From assembly GCA_040954595.2 (NCBI GenBank), contig CM082597.2, positions 5,337,244 to 5,401,243 on the forward strand: a stretch of 64,000 bases of DNA, in the 5' to 3' direction. The stretch comes from Balanoglossus misakiensis (taxonomy: Eukaryota > Animalia > Hemichordata). Positions within the stretch are counted from its first letter, which is position 1, and each line of letters begins with the position of its first letter. The notes beneath the pieces were generated by a model. That model was given only the letters and a program-made list of their open reading frames with translations, had not been told where the DNA came from and ran no database searches. The translations under genes were made by a program, and so were the position numbers. Below, one piece after another: positions 25,301 through 33,736 of this stretch.

Positions 25301-27582
25301 ATGCGAAGTCTGGCGAGTGCCTTAAGACGTTCCTTTAATTTGTGTTTATTGACTTCGGAGACGCCCAGGATTTTCCATTTCAGAGGATATCTAAAATGCC
25401 CATGGAATAAATTAGCCACATTGTTCATAGCCTCTGCGATGATGCTGTTACTGTCCAATTCGGCGATGTCATAATCGTCAACGAGTGTCAGAATCGTAAA
25501 GCTGCCACTCTCCGGAACGAATCTTGGCGCGCTGTGTTTGAAAAGTTCCTCGTCAGGTGTTTTTAACAATTTGTAATGTCGAAATGCAAGGTCACTGTGC
25601 TGAAACCGGACTGAATAATGATCAAATAGGTAGGAGCCAACGGAGAATACGGCTTTGGCATTTTTGCTTTCATCTTCTAGCGATGCCTTAAACAGCTGAA
25701 ACTTCTCTCTTTCACATCCGATGACAATCGGTGGAATATCCAAGGAATATGGGTTGACCACATAGAACGAAGCTTTGGGAAAGATGTTTTCTTTGTGGAC
25801 GTGTGAGGCAGGGTGTGACGTCACCAGACCAAATCCATACACCATTTGGACGTTTGGGATGTCAAGCAGATCTTGGTAGTAAAGCGTCGGATTGAACAGC
25901 CAGTGATTTGTGGGAGTTTCATATTTGAATTGTTTTGGCGGTGTGGGAAATACTAACTTAACTCCCATCTTCTTTGCGTCCTCTTGATTTGCGTCGGTTA
26001 CTCGTAAGGCAGTACAGCACACTTGTATGCCTAGCGCTCGCAACTGACGAACGAGAACTGATATGGCAGCAGGAATGCCCCCAGTGATTGGCCAGCCAAA
26101 ATTCTCACTCAATATCAAAGCGACTGCTGGATTATCCTCATCCCTAAGAAGAAACAAAATACAAGAAATTAAATAATCGCCATAAAGGTGTTCTTCTGTT
26201 CTAAGTTGAGGAAGAAGCACCCGCACCCATTAATCTCTTGTTAGATAATCAATTTGAAACATTCCTTATTAGGAACAAAGATGTGTACTGCCGATTACCT
26301 TGTTGTTACCGGTAAAATAAAAGTGGTACTTTTCACAGGCAATATGTAAATGAGATAAAATAGTCCCAGTTGAAAGTGTGTTAAAATGGCTAGCTTAAGT
26401 CATCTTATTATATATCCTTAATTATTATGAATAATACTAATAAGATATACAAGCATGCATCACGCGTATTATTAGTTTTTTTTTCAGGCCTATTTCAGTA
26501 CGGAACGACGCAAACTAGTCACTTGGTCAGTAAATAATGTTAAGGGCGAGATGTATTTTGACAACTGTTTATGCAAATGAGTATATAAGTGGGACTACTT
26601 TCTCTTCGTAAACAATGAACGTCAAGAACATGGTATGCAACGTAATATAGTGGAGCTGTAATTATTAACGACATTTCTACTTGAAATGTTTTGTTTTGAT
26701 GTGAAATAGTTTTTATGATAAAGGTCAATTCACCCAGTTGACTGAGTTGTCTCCGTCTGAATACATAAGTGGGCTACTTGAGTATGTCAGACACCATTTG
26801 ATAAATGACACACATGGATCACGTGTGATAGGGGGACTGGACAATGACACGATCTGGGTGTGAGAGATGGCGCCTAAAAGACTAGGTGAACCAATTGGCG
26901 TGTGTTCATCATTTTTGGAGGATATTTTGTGGCCATGTATGGATGTGAAATGTTACAATTCTCATCCATATTGAGATGACACACGGATAGTAATATCTCA
27001 ATGACTTGGATTGTTGAAAATGATTGACAATTACTACACATGTATCGCTCCAGGCAGAAACTTAGTATGCTTACAGTGTGCCAGTAAGCTGATTAAACCG
27101 AAACTTCGAACTTTACATAAATTATTTCAAGTTTTTCTTGTATTTGCATATAATTTATTTGCGGTGACGCTTGTTACACTACCGAAAAGGATCACTGAAT
27201 ATAACACACCAGTTGAGGTGCAAAATAGATTTCCAATCTTTAACGGCCATTCGCATTCGCGGTTGCCCTATATATCGCTATAACACTATGTTCAGAGGCC
27301 TAAATATTAATTTCAAATCTTAACATTCTAATGGGAGATTTAAAAAAGGTTATTACTTGTATTACTTTTAATATTAAACGTACCGAGGTTCAGAAAGCTT
27401 TACATCTGTTTATCTCATATGAGTGATTCTTCATCGTTTTAGAATAACTGTCGCACATTTGCAATAACTAATTTTTCCACGTACCTGAAGTCTCGGCCTG
27501 AGCTTGTAGACATGCTCGGATCTCTGTGAGGTCCATAGGGAACAACGGCGTGACTGGTTTGGCTTGGATTTGCGCTGGCCAT
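15581..27582 (-). CDS. Multidomain putative immune protein (~1418 aa, 17 coding exons): degenerate GT4/GT-B glycosyltransferase-like domain, 12 charged micro-exon repeats, TRADD-N-like domain, helical linker, NHL beta-propeller
   Basis: Exon 1 27582-27485 (caaaATGG; MASANPSQTSHAVVPYGPHRDPSMSTSSGRDF, phase 2). Exon 2 26143-24897 (GT4-like: GGIPAAISVLVRQL, AKAVFSVG, AQLVVVP...AMALGIPTVI). Micro-exons 24407-24318, 23987-23862, 23675-23559, 23328-23209, 22909-22784, 22207-22091, 21875-21789, 21631-21530, 21380-21267, 21167-21060, 20671-20561, 20279-20181. Then 19587-19210 (GCLTFVMTCRSLEAADALWDAFTSGWL), 18951-18520 and 16365-15581 (NHL: PLGLVITPDGDVVVCDPGNERIQ, PTGVCVCNHGNVYVADYG, PWGICCDQNDNIYVCD). 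Exons join as one open frame (4257 nt). Domain names come from motif recognition, not HMM hits. Confidence 0.8.
16480..17880. repeat. Tandem satellite, ~144-bp unit, about 10 copies, in the intron upstream of the NHL exon
   Basis: 'ccatggaaac' recurs at ~16541, 16686, 16831, 16975, 17120, 17263, 17400, 17542, 17685 and 17825. Confidence 0.92.
19210..19587 (-). CDS. Exon encoding a TRADD-N-like domain
   Basis: Pattern G-C/S-L-x-h-x-h-x-C-x-S-L-x-x-x-x-x-L-W-x-x-F/Y-x-S-G-x-L...L-x-x-I-G...L-x-x-x-I-x-x-x-E-Y-x-x-C-R-x-x-L, typical of TRADD-N-like domains in invertebrate NLR-type proteins; phase 1-1 exon. Confidence 0.72.
19714..20071. mobile_element. TTAA-flanked MITE with ~60-bp TIRs (Kolobok-like)
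   Basis: ttaaaggggaagtccggtctaggtgatttctacataatttggtagctttga...cactctttca mirrored by tgaaagagtgacctcaaagctaccaaattatgtagaaatcagctggatcggatttcccgtttaa. Confidence 0.8.
24897..26143 (-). CDS. Large exon: family-4 glycosyltransferase-like (GT-B fold) domain with degenerate catalytic motif
   Basis: N-terminal GG-helix motif, DAKKMGVKLV, WL, AKAVFSVG, WKILGV and LQSAQLVVVP...VALTAMALGIPTVIPRGS align by eye with the conflict-type GT4 domains of invertebrate NLR-like proteins. Confidence 0.75.
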
Positions 27583-27654
27583 TTTGGTGATTGTATGGTG
27601 GAATGTTGGTGGACTGATGTCGGTTGCTGGATGAAGTCGGTGAGGTGTACACTC

Positions 27655-27691
27655 GTCTGATGCTACTTACAGTAAACAGCGCTTAATATAG
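27655..27691 (-). promoter_or_regulatory. Putative TATA box and initiator of the GT4-TRADD-N-NHL gene
   Basis: Minus-strand TATATTAAG at ~27691-27683, followed ~25-30 bp later by TCAGAC. Confidence 0.4.
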
Positions 27692-29887
27692 TACTTAGTT
27701 TGCATATACTTCTCATTATGATTTTATTTGTAACTTATTGACCACATGAATGCAATTTGTGGCCGGTCATTTTGGAGCATTCTATAAGTTTCAAAGTTCA
27801 AAACAAAACGAAGGACTCTGAAGGCGAAAATATCGATGCTTAGATAATCATGTACGCTAAAATTCAGTTTGTGGACCTAGATAATTTTGAGACAAATTTC
27901 GGCGGGCTTTTTATTTTGTTTTGACGTGAAATTATTTTTACATTTTATGTGAAGTAATACAGTTGAATGGGATGTTTACCGCTAAACTCTGAGTTGCCTA
28001 CGTGCGTTCGACCGACACCCTTTGATATATGACTGATGGCCAACATTTGATAACATACGCGATGATACGGCACAATAGTACAACGGCGCGATTCAGATAT
28101 TTGAAGTGGCGCCAAAACCTTACATGAGTCAACACGAACTCGGCGAGGAGGTCATGACCTGAATACCACTTGAACGATTTTGGCGGGAGTGTGTGACCTG
28201 GTTCTCGGCTCCATTTCGTAGCAGACTAATATAATCTCACACTCCCACGGACCTGCAGTGGGAACATATTTCTCACACGAGTTGGGGATTTTTGACACAT
28301 ACGAGCCGTATTTCTCACACGTCCACAAAGTAGCCAAACTCGTAATAGAAAAAAATGACTCTGGAACTGTCGCCTGGCATTGTAGTCTCTGTGGCAACAT
28401 TTAGCGCGCGTTTATTGTAGAACAATCAGCACTCGCGTCTTATAAGCTTTCCAGTCTGTGAGATTGTGGGATCGGTTTGTTCTCACACTCTGATGTCGCA
28501 CATGAAAAACTTTGCCATCTGACATCCGTGCCAGTGTTTCTTCCCCAAAATGGAAATCCTGAGATGCATATCTAACATGTGCAGGTATACTGTCTTCAAG
28601 TATAGTCAGTCAAGTTGTGTCAGCTGCTCGATCGCGCAAGTGGGCGGCTCAATTCAAGATACACATAAGCACATGCATGATCATGGCGGTGGTTGTTAAC
28701 GTTGTTTCTTTCTTTCTTTCTTTCTTTTCTATTTTCATCCCACAAATTGCTTAAACCCCACTGAAAACGCCTGATTCGCCTGTGCAATACTGTGTACGGG
28801 AACCTGAGTCACTACCTTACATGATCCCCAGCCCTTCAAGAAAAATCACATAATTCGTGGAATTAACCTTAGGGGGGCGGTGAAGACATGCACACATTTC
28901 TTGGTATTTTGACTCATGCGTAATCCTTTCGGCGAAAAGAACAAAGTGAAAGGAAGTAAAACTGTGAAATAATCTGACTACTTGTGGTCGAGCTCCTATA
29001 CTGAAACGAATTGAAATTACAATCGAATTTTAACCCTCATTTTGCTTGTACTTGGACCAAAATGTCTCGATGTTTACCCATCATGAACGTTATAAACTCC
29101 AGGTATCTTCCGTTATAACCTACATATCTGCCAGACGCTTGACCTCTATTTCGTAGAATTATGCTAATTATAGCTGTACGCATGTGCTCCCTATATTTTA
29201 TGAGAAACCAAACCCTCTCGCTTTCGAGGCACCAGTACATGTAGTCTGGTCCCCTGACCCAATCTCAAAAAGGATTTAACTTGTCACAGCTTTTCGTGTG
29301 GCTTCTCTACTGGGCCTCAAGAATTGACCCAACCTTGAAGTCGATAACACGCACGCGCGTTGAACCCTATCCACCTGGTCCAATTCCACGAAAATGACGT
29401 CATGCCTCGGCGAAGAAATCAGTTTGTACACGCGTAGCTGCAGCTGTTTATTTTTTCCGAGGCAACCCCCATTCTCGCAAGCCAGAGCCGACCGTGTTTC
29501 CGCTCCGCGGAGCTACGCAAAAAACGGGCTCTGGCAGATTACAGTAGGGAACCCCGGAATTTAGGACGTAGACTAATGAATTATTCATGAGAAACGACAT
29601 TGGAATTAGCCAATCAGTAGTCGTTTTATCGCGAGCTCTTCGGCTGCTGTCAGCTTTAAATCCGCCATTTTGCACTGTCATTTAAATAAGTTATGCAGTT
29701 TTATGAGACGGGCTCTCTGATTGGTTCCTTTGTCTGGCTGCTGGAACTGACGCTGGGATCCGCGAAAACCTTCCAAATCCACCACGGCCTGTTGGCGGTA
29801 GCGCGTAGCAGTTGCCGTAAACAGGTCGTGGTTTTACGACGATGGGCAACCCCAAGCTTAGTGCAGTTTTATTGAAGACCAGGCATA

Positions 29888-32178
29888 ATGGGTGCTACAC
29901 CATCCAAGGTCAGTATTTTATCCAAAACAATACTAGTATTCAACGTAAACATAGAAATATCTATCAGGCCGTCTGCATGCAGTTGACATAGCGCCGCGCA
30001 GTGTACACGTGGCTCTCACGGATTCGACACGTCTTTCGGTTTGACCATCTATAAAGATGCTTGGGGCTTGCAGTGTAGACCTATCACTAGTTTGCAGGTT
30101 TTTTTTGCAGGCAATGAAGACATCTATTTCTACAGATAATATTCGGGGCTTGTAATTCTTTACTATCAATCACGTGATCTGGCCATGTGACCCACGGCGT
30201 TGTCATTTCCAGGTGACGGGCAAGCAATATTTCGGCATCCAGTAAAAGTTTTTCCGAGTATGTTTTTACTTTAAAACCGCTAGACACGTAACATGTATCA
30301 TGTATTATGCCTTATCAGCCCCGTGGAATTTCGTTTGCACAGTCTTTGTCTGGACCACGTTGTGGAGGTTGCCCGTCATCTGGAAATTTGAATGCGAACG
30401 TAACTGCCGCCTGAGCGCGTCTGACGTCATTTGATATCGAAGAATATACACTTCTGTCTCAGAACCACGCACGGCCTCTACCGTGTATACTGTTTTACTT
30501 GTCGAGTTTCCACAGCGCGTTTTCACTTTCACTTGCAGTTGCAAATCTCTAGGCCTATACAAATACCCCCTTCGGCAAATATAATGACAATACAATGGAG
30601 AAATAACAAACAAATTGTAAGCACATGAAATTATTTTCCTATGGTTTCCAAATAATTTTCTTTAAAAAGTTCACGCTTGCTTATGGCGTAGAATTTTACC
30701 AAAATAGCCTCATGACATGAACTTGAATACATGGTAGATACTATTTTAGTTACAGGCTGCCATGGACCAGTTTTACGCTGACGAGGTAGATATTTCTTAC
30801 GTAAGGATGGAAACAGCCAGGAAAGTCGTCCAGAGAATAGAGGCCATTTTGAAACCGAAGCTGGCTGAGCTGCTCAAGGAAAGATACAATATAACCCTTG
30901 ACCCGACGTGGAAGTACACCGGAAGTGCGTATGAAGACCTGAAAGTGTGTGACCCGGATGAATTTGACATCATGCTGCCGTTCGATATGACCCATCACCT
31001 GACTAGACAGTCATGGGGCCTGTCCAGTTTGTTTTCCCTGTTTGCTGGCTCCCCTCAGCCTTCATCTGCATACCGATTTCTGCCCTCCGCCAGGGAAGGT
31101 TCCCCGTTCTCCGAGCCCAGGGGCGGTGACCGGATACTGCATTCTCAGAAGGTCATGAATGGTTTCCACAGCGTTCTGCAGAGAGCTGTGAATTCTGTGG
31201 ATTTCGGTGACGTCACAGTGTGGATTGGGAAAGATGGGCCTGCAATGAAAGTGGAGGCGAAATACAAAGACAGTAGTTACAGGCAACAGTATTTGAAGAT
31301 AGACCTCGTTCCTGCTGTATCAGATAATGGCACGTAAGTTTTGATTAGTGATCGTGCCTTTGTCGATTACATAAATTTAACAAGATAAGGTACGATTAAC
31401 GAAGTTCTGTAAATGACGTCAATTTCAAGTGCTGCCTGTTTCATTATACCATTTTACCACATTTTATCCAATGTAGTTAAACCCTATCAATGAAATAATT
31501 AAATATATAAATAAATTGACTACTTGATTAATAATTAAATAAAGTAAATTCATTCATTCATTCATTCATTCATTCATTCATTCATTCATTCATTCATTCA
31601 TTCATTCGCCCAGACATTTATATTAACTATTTTATCTTATTGGTTGTCCGACAGTATTTTTCATGTTTTGACTGATGAAGAGTGAATTTCGAAACAGTTC
31701 GAAGGTAATTTCATTCTGATCCTCTCATTGTCCTAGATACTACGTGGCAAAGCCTAACAAGTACGACACTTCAGAGGGCGCCATTGGAAAGTGGCGGGTG
31801 TCCTTCTCGGATAAAGAGAAGCAGAAAATCAAAGATGCTGGAGAGGGAAGAAGAAAGATACTGAAATTGGCGAAAGCGTTCTACAAGAAAGACGCCCCCT
31901 TGGCAAGACTGGATTCGTATTATTTGAAAACGGTGTTTCTGCACATGTTGGATAAATATCCCGGATATTGGACGGACACTGGGGAGTATTTCACCAAGTT
32001 CCTGGAGATGCTTCTTGCGTTTCTGCGAGATGGCAATCTACCCATGTATTTCATGCCAGCCCACAATCTGATTGAGCATTTTATTAAAGATGATATTCGA
32101 CGGGAAAATATTATTCGCCGCTTGGAGCGAATCTTGCGGAAAGGGGAAGATGAGTTCATTAAAATAACACAGCGTTGA
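29888..32178 (+). CDS. cGAS-like receptor / Mab21-family nucleotidyltransferase, copy A (~348 aa); predicted N-myristoylated; intact active site
   Basis: Exons 29888-29908 (MGATPSK|gtcagt), 30750-31333 (LQAAMDQFY...YTGSAYEDLKVCDPDEFDIM...GPAM...LKIDLVPAV), 31737-32178 (YYVAK...WRVSFS...LDSYYLKTVFLH...GNLPMYFMPAHNLI). Phases 0 and 2 are consistent. Confidence 0.9.
30154..30446 (+). repeat. ~290-bp segment duplicated at 33194-33496, containing an E-box, a CRE and an internal inverted repeat
   Basis: Direct sequence match between the two copies. CACGTG at 30171/33211; TGACGTCA at 30422/33472; atttccag(g/a)tgacgggcaa / ttgcccgtcatctggaaat inverted pair. Confidence 0.85.
30519..30534 (-). promoter_or_regulatory. 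ISRE/IRF-E-like element AAGTGAAAGTGAAAAC in cGLR-A intron 1
   Basis: Matches the AANNGAAANNGAAA IRF consensus; function not tested. Confidence 0.5.
31549..31607. repeat. (TCAT)n microsatellite in cGLR-A intron 2
   Basis: Read directly from the sequence. Confidence 0.95.
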
Positions 32179-32384
32179 ACTATTCAACTTTGACCCATGC
32201 TAATAGGAACCAAGTTTAAGAGATTGTTATATGTAACTTCCATTGGCACTTGCCAATTACTGGTAAATGTGTCTTCTTAGTTGAGCTAATATGCTATTCT
32301 GCTAGTTTAGCTAATTTAACTAGGTGTGTAACCCCCTCTCATTTATTTTCCAAAGTCGGTCACTTGCTATAATTATAATTGACT

Positions 32385-32741
32385 GTGGCTGCCTTAAATA
32401 GGTTTTCACTTTGCGCTAGGGGGTCAAATCCCATTGCATTCTGGTCGAAAAGTCGACAACCCACTGTAGTAAGAGATAGAAGAAATGATATGTTTACTGT
32501 ATTTCATGACTTCCTTGGGTCAAACATGGGTGTCTTTGTAGTTACCATATTAAACTCATTAAACTTTTTTCACATTTTGTTATTTTTTCTGTTAAAAAGT
32601 TTCAGAATGACCCATCATCACTTTAGCTTAGGAACTCCTATTTCTTAAACATGGCAAAAATCGGCCATCTTGAAATTGTGTCGACCATGTGAGATTTTTA
32701 TCACCCACTTAGGTAGCCAAAAACCTATTTAAGGTCGGGAG
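32385..32741 (-). mobile_element. CCTTAAATAGGTTTT-TIR element, copy 2, in the probable 3' UTR of cGLR-A
   Basis: Reverse complement of 12024-12358 with a small internal indel; AATAAA downstream at 32836. Confidence 0.8.
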
Positions 32742-33193
32742 AAATAAGATGCTGCTAATGTATATTCATTTGCCATGGTTAAGGTGTCTTTTTTGTTAAT
32801 TACAAACTCTGTAATTTTTATGAATATCAAAATTCAATAAAACATGTAATAACGTGCCTTTGTACATATGATGCACAATTAAAATAATGGTAGTAATATA
32901 ACCGATCGCATGCATGTTTTCTTGGTTTTACTAATAAAAAACTTGTACCACTGAATTCAATGTATTTTAGACGAATAAATTAAAATGGTTAGATTTGGTC
33001 ATTGTAATTCATTGATATTGTTACAAACATTAACGGCCCAGAAACTCCAAATTTGGGATAGGATCTCATTTATTTGTTTGTTTATTTGTTTGTTTGGAGT
33101 TCAACTGTGTTTTTGTCTACTCTGTTGTATAAATTATAGAATATCGCCGATTATCTGAAAAATCGTAGAGGCACGTTTTATACGCACAGTGAC

Positions 33194-33496
33194 AATTCTT
33201 TACTATCAATCACGTGATCTGGCAATGTACCCCATGGCGCAGTCATTTCCAGATGATGGGCAAGCAATATTTCGGCATCCAGTAAAAGTTTTTCCGAGTA
33301 TGTTTTTACTTTAGAACCGCCAGACACATAACATGTATCGGGTATGTTGCCTCATCAGCCTCATTGCATTTCGTCTGCACAGTCTTTGTCTGCACCACGT
33401 AAGTCCACGTTGCTGAAGTTGCCCGTCATCTGGAAATTTGAATGCGAACGCAACTGCCACCTGAGCGCGTCTGACGTCATTTGATGGCGAAGAATA
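33194..33496 (+). repeat. Second copy of the 30154-30446 segment, upstream of cGLR-B exon 1
   Basis: Direct sequence match. Confidence 0.85.
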
Positions 33497-33736
33497 GAAC
33501 GACAATTTCTGACGTTCGGATGTTCTCAGAACCCTTGCCTCTCAAGAGGGCGCCATCAATGACATTTGGCTTTTCAGAGACGCAACTCAGAACCCCATGT
33601 GCAAGTTCTGCAGAATCACCGTTGAATTGTGCGCATGCGCGATATATGTGAATTATTGACTAGGTGGTATCACACAAGTCACAATCCTGTCCATAAGAAC
33701 AGAACGAATTTCCTTACTTGCGTATTATCGAGGAAT

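Noticed and set aside
26144-26226. N-terminal part of ORF 24859-26226 as coding
   Set aside because: It lies upstream of a clear acceptor (ttgtttcttcttag) and starts at a non-ATG codon; treated as intron.
27431-27652. ORF MYTSPTSSS... as the first exon frame
   Set aside because: It starts at a non-ATG codon and gives phase 0. The frame from ATG 27582 gives the phase 2 that the GT exon needs.
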